Below are positions 19,800 through 30,239 of a DNA stretch of 64,000 nt, piece after piece. This stretch comes from Candidatus Hydrothermarchaeum profundi (GTDB lineage: Archaea; Hydrothermarchaeota; Hydrothermarchaeia; Hydrothermarchaeales; Hydrothermarchaeaceae), in the NCBI GenBank assembly GCA_002011125.2, contig MTMF02000009.1, positions 224,001 through 288,000 of the forward strand, written 5' to 3'. The position numbers and the translations under genes were made by a program. Below the pieces are notes generated by a model, which was not told where the DNA came from, ran no database searches, and was given only the letters and a program-made list of their open reading frames with translations. Numbering within the stretch: the first letter of the stretch is position 1; the number at the start of each line of letters is the position of its first letter.

Positions 19800-21779
19800 A
19801 TGGAACAAAAAGAGTTCCACGAAGTAGTATCAATAAACGAAGCTAAGCGTCTACTTTACTCTAACTATACGCCTACTCCGACATTTGAGGAAGTAGATCT
19901 GGGGGAGGCTCTTGGCAGAGTTTTATTTGAAACTGTAGTTGCCCCGATAGATGTTCCGCCTTTCGACCGGGCGGCGATGGATGGATACGCAGTAAGAGCT
20001 AAGGATACATTTTATGCGGATGAAGAAAACCCTGCCGAACTGCGAATTCTCGGCTACATTCAAGCTGGTGATAGCCCAAAAGTAGTGGTGGAAGAAAACA
20101 CGTGTGTAGGTATAGCGACCGGCGCCCCCATGCCGAAGGGAGCTAATGCGGTTGTTATGGTAGAGTACACTGATAGAGAAAAAGATATTGTAAAAGTTTA
20201 TCGCCCAGTCGCACCTGGAGAAAATATAATGTCAGCTGGGTCTGATATAATGCGAGGTGAAACTGTTCTAAGAAGGGATACGGTATTATCTCCAAGGGAA
20301 ACTGGAGTGCTCGCAGCATTAGGGTTAAAGAAAATTAAAGTTTATAGAAGACCGCAGGTCGGGGTACTATCTACCGGGAATGAAATAGTGGAGCCCGGCT
20401 CTAAGCTGGAGTATGGAAAAATCTATGATGTAAACTCCCGGGCAATAATTGATGCTGTAATTGAAAATGGAGGGGACGCAAAATTTTTCGGCATAGTTAG
20501 GGACGACCCTGCGCTATTACGCAGAAAATTAAAAGAAATGTTGGAATGCGACATAATAATTACGTCTGGAGGAACCTCTGCGGGAGTAGGAGATTTGTTA
20601 TATAAAGTAATTGATGACTTAGGATCACCGGGTATTATTGCTCATGGGATCGCCGTTAAACCGGGAAAACCTACGATTATAGGAGTTCTAAATAATAAAC
20701 CTCTCTTTGGTCTTCCAGGATATCCAACATCCGCTATGGTGATTTTCGATGTATTCGTTGCTCCTTTGATAAGGAGATTGGCGGGTTTGGTTGAGAGGGA
20801 AAGAAAAAAAATAGAAGCAAAGACTGCTATGCGCCTATTCTCGGCTAAAGGAAGATATGAATACATGCTTGTAAACTTGGTCAAAAGTTCTGCAGGGGAA
20901 TATAGCGCTTATCCTATATTGACTGGATCAGGTGCTATAACAACCTTGGCGGAGGCTGATGGTTACCTTGAAGTTCCAGAAAATACTGAGATAATCCCGG
21001 AAGACAGCTTGGTTAAGGTCTCCCTTCTTAGCGATATAATAAAACCTGCGGATCTAACTATAATTGGGAGCCATTGCATAGGAGTAGACCTCATACTAAA
21101 CCTTTTAAATAAGAAGACTCAAATTCAAGCAAAGGTTATTAATGTGGGCTCTTCTGGCGGATTAGCTGCAGTAAAGCGGGGTGAATCAGATATATCGGGA
21201 AGCCATCTTATAGACGAGAAAACTGGTGAGTATAACATTCCGTTTTTAAAGAAATTTGGCATAGAGAGTACAGCTTATGTTGTTAGAGGCTACGATAGAG
21301 AACAAGGTTTCGTTATTACAAAAGGGAATCCCAAGAAAATTACTGGAATTGAGGATCTCGCTCGGGATGATATTTTCTTTATAAATAGAAACCCTGGTTC
21401 AGGCACTAGAGTGTTGTTGGATATGGAATTGAAAAAATTTGCTTCTGAGAAAGGATTAGAGTTCAATGCCCTTATTAAGAAAATAAGAGGATATGAGATA
21501 GAAGCTAAGTCTCACAGTGCAGTAGCCGCTGCAGTAGCGTACGGCAAGGCTGATGTAGGATTAGCAATAAAAACAGTGGCAGAACAATACGGCCTAGACT
21601 TCTTACCGCTAAGAGAGGAAAAATATGACTTTGTTATACCTAAAGCTAAGATTAATAAGGTATCTGTGCAAAAGTTTATTGAAATTCTAAATTCTGATGA
21701 ATTTAAAGATGTGCTTAGGAGAATCCCTGGCTTGAAACCTAATAATAAAACAGGAATGATTATACATGAACCCCAATGA
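19800..21779 (+). CDS. moeA: MoeA fused to a periplasmic-binding-protein-like domain (archaeal long MoeA)
   Basis: MoeA motifs followed by GSHC...GSSGGL...NRNPGSGTR...E.YDF. Confidence 0.9.
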   Translation: MEQKEFHEVVSINEAKRLLYSNYTPTPTFEEVDLGEALGRVLFETVVAPIDVPPFDRAAMDGYAVRAKDTFYADEENPAELRILGYIQAGDSPKVVVEENTCVGIATGAPMPKGANAVVMVEYTDREKDIVKVYRPVAPGENIMSAGSDIMRGETVLRRDTVLSPRETGVLAALGLKKIKVYRRPQVGVLSTGNEIVEPGSKLEYGKIYDVNSRAIIDAVIENGGDAKFFGIVRDDPALLRRKLKEMLECDIIITSGGTSAGVGDLLYKVIDDLGSPGIIAHGIAVKPGKPTIIGVLNNKPLFGLPGYPTSAMVIFDVFVAPLIRRLAGLVERERKKIEAKTAMRLFSAKGRYEYMLVNLVKSSAGEYSAYPILTGSGAITTLAEADGYLEVPENTEIIPEDSLVKVSLLSDIIKPADLTIIGSHCIGVDLILNLLNKKTQIQAKVINVGSSGGLAAVKRGESDISGSHLIDEKTGEYNIPFLKKFGIESTAYVVRGYDREQGFVITKGNPKKITGIEDLARDDIFFINRNPGSGTRVLLDMELKKFASEKGLEFNALIKKIRGYEIEAKSHSAVAAAVAYGKADVGLAIKTVAEQYGLDFLPLREEKYDFVIPKAKINKVSVQKFIEILNSDEFKDVLRRIPGLKPNNKTGMIIHEPQ

Positions 21780-22779
21780 GCCTCCAGAACAGTTATGGGA
21801 GATGATTAGCGAAATAAATAACGATTTTAAATCTGACATGAGTTACATCGAGGAAGAACTTACTTGCTGTATCCTAAATTCATATCCAAGTGTTCTATAT
21901 AACGCGTCTAAGCATTTAATAGTGACTGGCGGTAAGAGGATTCGGCCAGCTCTAACCACACTTTCTTATCGAGCGGTGGCTATGGAGGGGAATGTAGGAT
22001 ATATTGCTCCACTCGCCATCGCATTAGAGCTAATTCACACAGCTACTATTATACACGATGATATTATTGATAAGAGTTCAATGCGTAGAGGCGTGCCAAC
22101 TGTAAACGAAAAATGGGGAAATGAAACAGCACTTTTAGCCGGCGACCTTATCTTCTCGAAGGCTTTTGGACTTGTTGGAAAATACGAGAAAAAAGAAATT
22201 ATAGACATAATATCCAACGCATGTATAAGATTAGCAGAGGGGGAGATGCTAGAGACAGAGCATACCGGTAATATGAATATGACAGAGGAAGTCTACTTGG
22301 AGGTTATCGAAAGAAAAACGGCGGCCTTATTTGAAGCTTGCACAAAATGCGCTGCAATACTAGGTGATGGAACACCTGAAGAAATAGATGCCCTCTCAAG
22401 ATTTGGGTATTTGAGCGGTATCGGTTTCCAAATGACCGATGATATATTGGATATCGTATCGGGAGAGACTATTTTAGGGAAGCCTATAGGTGCTGATGTA
22501 ACTCAAGGCAGACCCACTTTCGTGATATTACATGCTTTAAAGGTCGCCGGAGAGGAAGAAAAAGAAATTTTAAAAGATGTTATTACAGGTAAAAAACTCT
22601 CAAAAGATGAAGTAAAAACAGCTTTACAGATCATAAATGAAAATTCGATAGAATACGCTAAAAAGAGAGCAAAGTCAATAATAGAAAAAGCTAAAAAAGA
22701 GTTAAGAGTGCTTAAAGATTCTAGTGCTAAAAAATCCCTAGAAATAATTGCTGACTATGCCATAAGCCGGAGCTTTTGA
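21766..22779 (+). CDS. trans-Polyprenyl diphosphate synthase
   Basis: GGKRIRP, HDDIID..RRG, KTA, FQMTDDILD. Confidence 0.9.
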   Translation: MNPNEPPEQLWEMISEINNDFKSDMSYIEEELTCCILNSYPSVLYNASKHLIVTGGKRIRPALTTLSYRAVAMEGNVGYIAPLAIALELIHTATIIHDDIIDKSSMRRGVPTVNEKWGNETALLAGDLIFSKAFGLVGKYEKKEIIDIISNACIRLAEGEMLETEHTGNMNMTEEVYLEVIERKTAALFEACTKCAAILGDGTPEEIDALSRFGYLSGIGFQMTDDILDIVSGETILGKPIGADVTQGRPTFVILHALKVAGEEEKEILKDVITGKKLSKDEVKTALQIINENSIEYAKKRAKSIIEKAKKELRVLKDSSAKKSLEIIADYAISRSF

Positions 22780-25034
22780 GTTGCGATGGCTGCCTGTCCT
22801 AGTGAAATCCCGCCATCACCACATGGAACTTCCTCATGTATATAAAAATATAACCCGCTTTCTTCAACCTTCTTTTTTATATACCTCACAATGGCTTCAT
22901 TATAGGAAACCCCACCAGAAATCCCTACCGATTGAATCTTCTCTTTTTTGGCGGTTCTTAAAGCCATATCAACCAGGCCATATGCAATTGCTCTCTGTGC
23001 TGACGCAGCAACATCTTTTAATGAGTATTCTTCTTTAAGACACAAAAGTGAGTCTATAACCGCTGTTGTATCAAAGATATACTTTCCGTCTTGCAATGTA
23101 ATTCTTACAGGTATTTCAAGGTTATCACTACCACCGTATGCTAAGGACTCAAGCTTCATAGCAGGCTCTCCCTCGTATGTTCTTTCATAACATACCCCTA
23201 GCAAAGTAGAAATTGCGTCCAGCACTCTACCAGCACTAGTAGTTAAAGGCGTGTTAAACCTTTTCTCGATTTGTTTTAGAACTAGGTCCACTTCGTCTCT
23301 ACTTCTAAAACCCTTAGCAACATTCTTTAGTAAAATCTCCTTAAGTTCATCAGGAGGATATTTATTATAAAGTATTCCTGCTACCATTCTAGCAGGAAAT
23401 CTAGTAGCTAAGTCTCCTCCTGGCATTATCTGTGGTAAAAGATGCCCTGTTCTCTTAAACCCTTCTGGATCCACAAGCAATATTTCCCCACCCCATACTG
23501 TCCCATCAACTCCAAATCCAGCTCCATCTACTGCTATCCCCACCATTCTATCTATACCTTTCTCAGCCATCAAAGACGCTATATGAGCGTGATGATGTTG
23601 GCATTCCACCACTACTGCGTCGAATCTTTCAGCTATCTCTCTGCCTAGCCTAGAGGTGTTAAAACTGGGATGCATATCCACCGCTACTGCATCGATTTCC
23701 TCAATTTTTACAAGTTTAAGGAGGTTATACACCGCACTTTCTAGGTATTCCAGCGTATTCGGCTTAGTTGTATTTCCTATATACTGAGTAAGGAAACACC
23801 TATCATTTTTCAAAATACATGCGACAACGTCAAGTTCAGGACCTAAAGCTATAACATTCGCTCCCCCCTGAGATATTCTTATATGCCTTGGAACAAATCC
23901 CCTAGACCTTCTTAAAAAAATAGGCCTCCCACATATTAGTTTTATAACAGAGTCATCGCATCTATTCTGAATTCTTCTATCATGTATTAGCGAATAATCA
24001 GCTTCTAAGGATAAGACCTCCTCGTCCTTTATCGCCATCGGTTCCCCGGGCAAGTTAGCAGATGTCATTAAAAAAGCAGGCTCATTAGAGTAATAGAACA
24101 AAAGATAATGGATACCCGAGTAAGGTAGCATGACACCGATATTATGCAATCCGGGAGAGATATAATTAGACACAGTGCCCTTCTTGCGCAGTAGAAGTAT
24201 TGGCCTCTGATATGAACTTAAAAGCTCCTCTTCTTTTTTATTAAGATATGCTATACTCTTTACAGCGGAAATATTTCTAGCCATCACTGCGAAAGGCTTT
24301 TCTTTTCTACCCAATATCTCCCTAATTCTCAAAATAGGTTCATCATCAGTTATCTTAGCTGCTAGATGTGTTCCCCCAACGCCTTTTATCGCTAGGATTC
24401 TGCCTTCATCAAGGATTTTACCTGACTTTCGAATGGCATTATCAGAAACTGCGATTTTTCTCTTTTTCTCATATAGAGCATATTTAGGACCGCATTGAGG
24501 GCAGCATATCGGTTCAGCACGAAACCTCCTGTCAGTAGGTTCTAAGTACTCCTCCTTGCACTTAGAGCACATAACGAATTCTCTCATAGTGGTCTTCTCT
24601 CGATCATAAGGAAGGCCTTCAATTATTGTAAATCTAGGACCACAATCAGTACAAACGGTGAAGGGATATAAGTATCTTCTATTTTTTTCTTCAAAGATTT
24701 CCATAACACATTTATCACAGACACATACATCAGGAGGAATATCAGACCCGCCTTCGCCCTTTCCCTCGCTACTAAGGATGTAAAAATCATCAAACTTTTT
24801 ATCTTCCGAGTATTTAGCATTAATAGAGAAGATCTCGGCTAAAGGCGGATGCTCGTTTTTTATTATCTTAATTAAACCATCCATCTCCTTTCTTTCACCA
24901 TCTACTAAAATCTCAACACTATTACCTACATTTCTTACAAAACCTCTTAGGTTCTTTTCTTTAGCTATCCTATAAACAAAGGGGCGGAACCCTACCCCCT
25001 GTACTACTCCCTTTACGATAATCCGGTAGGCCAT
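22755..25034 (-). CDS. hypF: Hydrogenase maturation carbamoyltransferase
   Basis: GVVQGVGFRPF, two zinc fingers, QHHHAH, DGGISLGQA. Confidence 0.96.
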   Translation of the reverse strand: MAYRIIVKGVVQGVGFRPFVYRIAKEKNLRGFVRNVGNSVEILVDGERKEMDGLIKIIKNEHPPLAEIFSINAKYSEDKKFDDFYILSSEGKGEGGSDIPPDVCVCDKCVMEIFEEKNRRYLYPFTVCTDCGPRFTIIEGLPYDREKTTMREFVMCSKCKEEYLEPTDRRFRAEPICCPQCGPKYALYEKKRKIAVSDNAIRKSGKILDEGRILAIKGVGGTHLAAKITDDEPILRIREILGRKEKPFAVMARNISAVKSIAYLNKKEEELLSSYQRPILLLRKKGTVSNYISPGLHNIGVMLPYSGIHYLLFYYSNEPAFLMTSANLPGEPMAIKDEEVLSLEADYSLIHDRRIQNRCDDSVIKLICGRPIFLRRSRGFVPRHIRISQGGANVIALGPELDVVACILKNDRCFLTQYIGNTTKPNTLEYLESAVYNLLKLVKIEEIDAVAVDMHPSFNTSRLGREIAERFDAVVVECQHHHAHIASLMAEKGIDRMVGIAVDGAGFGVDGTVWGGEILLVDPEGFKRTGHLLPQIMPGGDLATRFPARMVAGILYNKYPPDELKEILLKNVAKGFRSRDEVDLVLKQIEKRFNTPLTTSAGRVLDAISTLLGVCYERTYEGEPAMKLESLAYGGSDNLEIPVRITLQDGKYIFDTTAVIDSLLCLKEEYSLKDVAASAQRAIAYGLVDMALRTAKKEKIQSVGISGGVSYNEAIVRYIKKKVEESGLYFYIHEEVPCGDGGISLGQAAIATQKLRLMA

Positions 25035-25149
25035 TATTATTAGATTAGGAAGGGAGTATATGAAATTTTAGAACGAATTATCAATAGTAGATATATTCCA
25101 ATAAACACGTCTCCGAAAAGATTAAAAGATAAAAATTCAACTCAAAAGC

Positions 25150-26157
25150 ATGAAGATAACTATTAACCACGGTGCGGGAGGGGAACTAATGGACCAACTC
25201 ATAACTCGCAGCATCTTATCCCTAATCACTAAAAAAAGTATAGGTGAAGTAGGCCTTGAAGACCTTGATGATGGAGCATCTATTTCTCTTGGTGAGAAAG
25301 AACTAGTACTTACCACAGATGCCCATACAGTAAAGCCTATATTTTTCCCTGGAGGTGATATAGGGAGGTTATCTATATGCGGAACCGTCAACGACCTATC
25401 AGTTATGGGCGCTAAGCCTATAGCTATAGCCTGTGCGCTTATTATAGAGGAGGGGTTCTCCCTAGAGAAGCTAGAGAAAATAATTAGATCCATGGATAAA
25501 GCCGCTAGAGAAAGTGGAGTTTCCATAATAACAGGGGACACTAAAGTTATGGAGAGAGGATCTATAGATGAAATCGTAATTACAACTACAGGTGTTGGAA
25601 TTGCAAATAAACTCATACGAGACACGGGACTTAAGGTTGGAGATAAAATAATACTCACTGGTACAATAGGAGACCATGGCATATCCTTGATGTCATTCCG
25701 AGAAGGGTTTGGGTTTGAAACTTCTTTAAAGTCAGATATTGCTCCCCTGTGGAGCATGATAGAAAAAGCTCTAAAAGTTGGGGGAGTAACGGCCATGAAG
25801 GATCCTACGAGAGGAGGTTTATCAGCGGCCTTGAATTCTTGGGCTAGAAAGAACTCTGTGGGACTAATGATACATGAGCAGGAAATCCCTCTCAAAAAAG
25901 AAGTTGTAGCAGCCTCGGAGATGTTAGGAATAGATCCTTTTTCTGTGGCAAATGAAGGTAAGGCAATTATTGCTGTAGATCCATCCAAAGCTGAGGAAGT
26001 TCTTCATGTATTGAGATCAGATAAATTAGGAAAAGACGCACAGATAATTGGCGAGGTAATATCCAAGCATAAAGGTAGAGTAATACTAGAAACTGTAGTG
26101 GGCGGAAAAAGGATACTAGAACCTCCGATAGGTGACCCAGTACCTAGAGTCTGCTAA
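25150..26157 (+). CDS. hypE: Hydrogenase maturation protein
   Basis: HGAGG, GTVNDL, DPTRGG, C-terminal PRVC. Confidence 0.96.
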   Translation: MKITINHGAGGELMDQLITRSILSLITKKSIGEVGLEDLDDGASISLGEKELVLTTDAHTVKPIFFPGGDIGRLSICGTVNDLSVMGAKPIAIACALIIEEGFSLEKLEKIIRSMDKAARESGVSIITGDTKVMERGSIDEIVITTTGVGIANKLIRDTGLKVGDKIILTGTIGDHGISLMSFREGFGFETSLKSDIAPLWSMIEKALKVGGVTAMKDPTRGGLSAALNSWARKNSVGLMIHEQEIPLKKEVVAASEMLGIDPFSVANEGKAIIAVDPSKAEEVLHVLRSDKLGKDAQIIGEVISKHKGRVILETVVGGKRILEPPIGDPVPRVC

Positions 26158-26165
26158 ATATTTTC

Positions 26166-27164
26166 TTAAATATCTACAGACATGTTTAAAGATATCTCAG
26201 CGATGTCGCTACAGTAGCTGAGAATTCTTCCTAGACTGTCTATTATGGATTTTCTATGAATCATAGAAGAAGGATTAGTTTTGATTTGAACCAACTTATT
26301 TGATAGCTTACCATGATTTGCTCTTGCTTTTTTCAGACTGAGAAATACATCTTCTGCCGAAGATTTTTCTCTATTGAAGATAGATAAAGACGAAGAATCA
26401 TAAATTACTGCTACTTCTCTAGCTAACTCTACAAAATCCTCTATGTCAGGGTTCTCCTCTACTTCAACGAGTGAGACATAGCTCTTAGCTATATTTTCTA
26501 TGTGATCCGCAATCCTCTCTAAACTTTTGACCATTATTCTATATCCAAGACTATCCCTTTGATTACCTATTGAGAGTTTCTCCGCAACTTGAGGATACTG
26601 GACAGCACTTTTCAACTGTCTAACAACTAAAAAATAAAGCCTATCAACTTCTTTCTCACGAGCTATGATATCTCTAGCAAGCTCGGGATCTCCTGTTTCC
26701 ATAACCTTTATTATATCATTAAGCATGGACTTATTTATAAGATGAATTCTTTCTAACACTTTTAGAGTTGGCATCCTCTTATCATCAAGCAATATCTCCA
26801 TAGTAATCGAGTTACCAAGGTCTTCAACTATCTCAACTCCAACCAAGTAGTCCAAGACTTTCCTAGCGCTCTGTTTAAATCTCCCAGGATCTTTGTCTAG
26901 CTTTATCTTGAGAGTATCGCACCCAATTAGATAATATGCGATTATAAGTCTTTCAAATGCTTCTCTTGAGGGCAACTGAGAAGTTTTTATTTCTACTATA
27001 TTCTCTCCCCGCTCATGAACACTCGATTCAATAAGTAAGGACCCGGATTGTTGTGTTATAACAAGAGAATCCCCCGCCTTTATATTGTTTTTTTCTACCC
27101 ATTTTTTTGGTAAGGATATAACGTAGGTCGAACCTCCCGTTTTATATACCTTCCTTACTTCCAT
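26166..27164 (-). CDS. Phosphate uptake regulator (AbrB-like N-terminus plus PhoU repeats)
   Basis: RKVYKTGGSTYVISLPKKW, EVDRLYF, ERIADH; divergent from the pst operon. Confidence 0.88.
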   Translation of the reverse strand: MEVRKVYKTGGSTYVISLPKKWVEKNNIKAGDSLVITQQSGSLLIESSVHERGENIVEIKTSQLPSREAFERLIIAYYLIGCDTLKIKLDKDPGRFKQSARKVLDYLVGVEIVEDLGNSITMEILLDDKRMPTLKVLERIHLINKSMLNDIIKVMETGDPELARDIIAREKEVDRLYFLVVRQLKSAVQYPQVAEKLSIGNQRDSLGYRIMVKSLERIADHIENIAKSYVSLVEVEENPDIEDFVELAREVAVIYDSSSLSIFNREKSSAEDVFLSLKKARANHGKLSNKLVQIKTNPSSMIHRKSIIDSLGRILSYCSDIAEISLNMSVDI

Positions 27165-27166
27165 TT

Positions 27167-27232
27167 TTCTATATCTCCATATTCTATATAGTTTCTATAT
27201 AGTCTATATATTATTTGGAAAAAGTATATAAA
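27167..27232. promoter_or_regulatory. Tandem TCTATAT(AG) repeats plus BRE/TATA for the pst operon
   Basis: Four to five imperfect TCTATAT units at 27167-27210, then GGAAAAAG-TATATAAA at 27217-27232, about 26 nt before ATG 27258. Confidence 0.6.
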
Positions 27233-27257
27233 TATTATTATAGAATTTATCCAATTG

Positions 27258-27422
27258 ATGAGAAGAAGAAAAAATTTGATATGCGATAAATGTGGAAACC
27301 CCATAGAAGGAGTGGTGGTAGTAGTGGATTTCAGATGCTATCATCCCGATTGCACAGACAAACGGCCTTCTAGGGGAAGGGCCGTAGAGTCCTTTAAAAT
27401 TATAAGGAGGATAAAAGCATGA
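27258..27422 (+). CDS. 54-aa CxxC..HxxC zinc-finger microprotein
   Basis: MRRRKNLICDKCGNPIEGVVVVVDFRCYHPDCTDKRPSRGRAVESFKIIRRIKA; its TGA overlaps the pstS ATG (ATGA). Confidence 0.7.
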   Translation: MRRRKNLICDKCGNPIEGVVVVVDFRCYHPDCTDKRPSRGRAVESFKIIRRIKA

Positions 27423-28360
27423 AAAAACTCAGCCTATTTATTTTATTTTTGGCATTTTTTTTAGCCGGATGCTTGGGAGGAACAACAAATCAAGAAGGAA
27501 CTCTTTCAGGCACTGTTAAAATAGCTGGTAGTAGCACCGTTTATCCTATTTCGGTTGCTATAGCAGAAGAGTTTAACAAGAAATATCCAGAAGTCGTGAT
27601 ACCAGTCCAGTCCACAGGCACTGGCGGAGGATTTAAAAACTTCTTCATTCCTGGAAAAACGGATATTAACGGTGCAAGCCGCCCGATAAAAGAAAGCGAA
27701 ATAGAGGCTGCTAAGAAAAATGGAATAGAGCCGATTGAATTTCAGGTCGCCATTGATGCTATAACTGTGGTTGTAAATCCCGCTGCTGATTGGGTAGAGA
27801 GTATGAGTCCAGAGGAACTTAGGAAAATATGGAGACCCGATAATCCCGCAAAGAAATGGAGTGATATTAACCCAGAATGGCCTGATGAACTTATTGAGCT
27901 ATATGGGCCAACAAGTGCTTCCGGTACTTTCGATTATTTTACCGAGGTAATTATGGGGGAAAGCGGGGTATCAAGGAGTGATTATCAAGGCACTGAGCAA
28001 GATAATACTATAGTACAGGCAGTATCCCGGTCTAAATATGCACTAGGGTATTTCGGGTTAGCCTTCTACCTTCAGAACAAAGATAGATTAAAAGCTTTGA
28101 AGATTTATAATGGAGAAAGATACGTCGAGCCTAGCATAGAAACTGCGAGATCTGGGGAATATCGTCCACTTTCACGTCCATTATTCATATATGTTAACAA
28201 AAACTCTCTTAAACGGCCTGAAGTCCGGGAATTTGTAAGGTTTTATCTCGAGAGAACTAGTACTGAACTGATAACTCAAGTAGGGTATGTACCGGTGCCA
28301 GAGGAAATTAGAGAAGAAAATCTAGCTAAATTGGAACGTATATTAAGCGAACTACAGTAA
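27419..28360 (+). CDS. pstS: Phosphate ABC transporter binding lipoprotein
   Basis: Lipobox LAGC, GSSTVYP, STGTGGG, SGTFDYF. Confidence 0.93.
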   Translation: MKKLSLFILFLAFFLAGCLGGTTNQEGTLSGTVKIAGSSTVYPISVAIAEEFNKKYPEVVIPVQSTGTGGGFKNFFIPGKTDINGASRPIKESEIEAAKKNGIEPIEFQVAIDAITVVVNPAADWVESMSPEELRKIWRPDNPAKKWSDINPEWPDELIELYGPTSASGTFDYFTEVIMGESGVSRSDYQGTEQDNTIVQAVSRSKYALGYFGLAFYLQNKDRLKALKIYNGERYVEPSIETARSGEYRPLSRPLFIYVNKNSLKRPEVREFVRFYLERTSTELITQVGYVPVPEEIREENLAKLERILSELQ

Positions 28361-28434
28361 ATGACAGAGATTGAAATATCGTCGGTATACCAAAAAACAT
28401 CGGATTTATATAGGAAGATATTTGATAAGATAAT

Positions 28435-29373
28435 ATGGTGGTGGAACCATCGAAGTTGACTTCCCTCACCGGTAAAAGTAGAAGCCTATCAGAAAGAGTA
28501 ATCAAATGGTTTTTCTTTTCATGTGCTCTCCTTTCAGTTATAACTACTATCGGCATAGTGTTTGTACTTATCGTGGATGCTGCAGAGTTCTTCAGCAAAG
28601 TATCCATAATCGAGTTTTTCACTAGCACACGATGGAGCCCAACTATAAAACCCGCAGAATATGGGGTGCTTCCGCTTATCAGCGGCACGCTACTGGTGAC
28701 TTTTTGGTCCGCCGTAATTGCGCTGCCTTTAGGTGTGGCGTCTGCCATATATCTTAGCGAATATGCCTCAGAAAGAGTTAGAGCTATAGTTAAACCTGCT
28801 CTTGAAATATTAGCCGGCATACCCACGGTGGTCTATGGTTACTTTGCCCTAGTATACATCACCCCTCTTTTAAGCAAAATATTTCCTAGCATTAGCGCCT
28901 TTAATGCCTTGAGTGCCTCAATTGTTATAGGAATAATGATATTACCTATGGTTTCAAGCATGAGTGAAGACGCTATGAGAGCCGTTCCAAATACGCTGAG
29001 AGAAGCGGGATATGGTCTTGGGGCTACAAAATTTCATGTCTCTACAACAATAGTTTTCCCCGCAGCACTATCAGGAATAATGGCATCTTTTATACTTGCC
29101 ATATCTCGGGCTATAGGTGAAACCATGGCAGTAACTATTGCCGCAGGAAAATACGCTCGAGTAGTAAATCCATTCAACGTTGGAGATGCATTACTCAAAC
29201 CCATCGAAACAATGACTGCTGCTATGGTAGAAATTGGAATGAGTGACGTTACAGGAGATTCTGTAGCTTACAAAAGCTTGTTCGCAGTCGGCTTGACCCT
29301 CTTTGTAATGACTTTCTTGATGAACGTTCTAAGTCAATATATCAAATCTAAGTACCGAGAGGTATATCAATGA
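28435..29373 (+). CDS. pstC: Phosphate ABC permease
   Basis: [18 protein letters not shown]. Confidence 0.93.
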   Translation: MVVEPSKLTSLTGKSRSLSERVIKWFFFSCALLSVITTIGIVFVLIVDAAEFFSKVSIIEFFTSTRWSPTIKPAEYGVLPLISGTLLVTFWSAVIALPLGVASAIYLSEYASERVRAIVKPALEILAGIPTVVYGYFALVYITPLLSKIFPSISAFNALSASIVIGIMILPMVSSMSEDAMRAVPNTLREAGYGLGATKFHVSTTIVFPAALSGIMASFILAISRAIGETMAVTIAAGKYARVVNPFNVGDALLKPIETMTAAMVEIGMSDVTGDSVAYKSLFAVGLTLFVMTFLMNVLSQYIKSKYREVYQ

Positions 29374-30239
29374 GTAGGGTGGTAGTAGGCGGTATAAGAG
29401 ACTGGAAAGATTTTGGTTTTCTATTTTTATGTATCGGTGCAACATGGGTCGGGATACTTTCTCTCGCAGCGTTATTGGTATATGTTTTCTGGGACGCGAT
29501 TGGATGGATTGACTGGCAGTTTATAACTAGCCCACCTTCAAGGTTCGCTGAAGAAGCAGGCTTATATCCTTCTCTTGTGGGGTCTATATTCGTAATAACT
29601 CTTGTTGGAATTCTTTCTTTACCGTTGGGTGTAGGGGCTGCCATCTATTTGCAGGAATATTCTACGAGTTCATTTCTCACCAAACTAATAGAAACAAATA
29701 TATCAAATCTCGCTGGAGTACCCTCTATTGTTTATGGACTTTTAGGCTTAGGTATCTTTGTCTCTACCTTAGGATTGCCTCATGGGACAGTGATTGTAGG
29801 TGCATTTACTTTAACCCTACTAATCCTCCCGATAGTGATAGTCTCTTCCCAAGAAGCTATAAAGGCTGTACCAGATACTCTTAGACATGCCGCCTATGGA
29901 ATTGGCGCTACACGGTGGCAAACGATTAGAAGCGTTGTGCTACCTCAGGCCATCCCGGGGATCATGACTGGAACTATTTTGGCTCTTGCTAGAGCCATGG
30001 GGGAAACGGCCCCCCTAATAATGATTGGAGCTGCAACATCAATATTTACCTCCCCTCGTGGGATATTTAGCCCCTTTAGTGCTATGCCTCTCCAGATATT
30101 TGCATGGTCTGATCTCCCTCAGCGAGAGTTCCAGCATGGTGTTACTCCGGCTGCAATAGTGGTGCTTCTAATTATTTTGCTCTCTATGAATGCTGTTGCT
30201 ATATTCATACGGCATAAATATCAGAAGCGGAGAAGATGA
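29370..30239 (+). CDS. pstA: Phosphate ABC permease
   Basis: [22 protein letters not shown]. Confidence 0.93.
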   Translation: MSRVVVGGIRDWKDFGFLFLCIGATWVGILSLAALLVYVFWDAIGWIDWQFITSPPSRFAEEAGLYPSLVGSIFVITLVGILSLPLGVGAAIYLQEYSTSSFLTKLIETNISNLAGVPSIVYGLLGLGIFVSTLGLPHGTVIVGAFTLTLLILPIVIVSSQEAIKAVPDTLRHAAYGIGATRWQTIRSVVLPQAIPGIMTGTILALARAMGETAPLIMIGAATSIFTSPRGIFSPFSAMPLQIFAWSDLPQREFQHGVTPAAIVVLLIILLSMNAVAIFIRHKYQKRRR

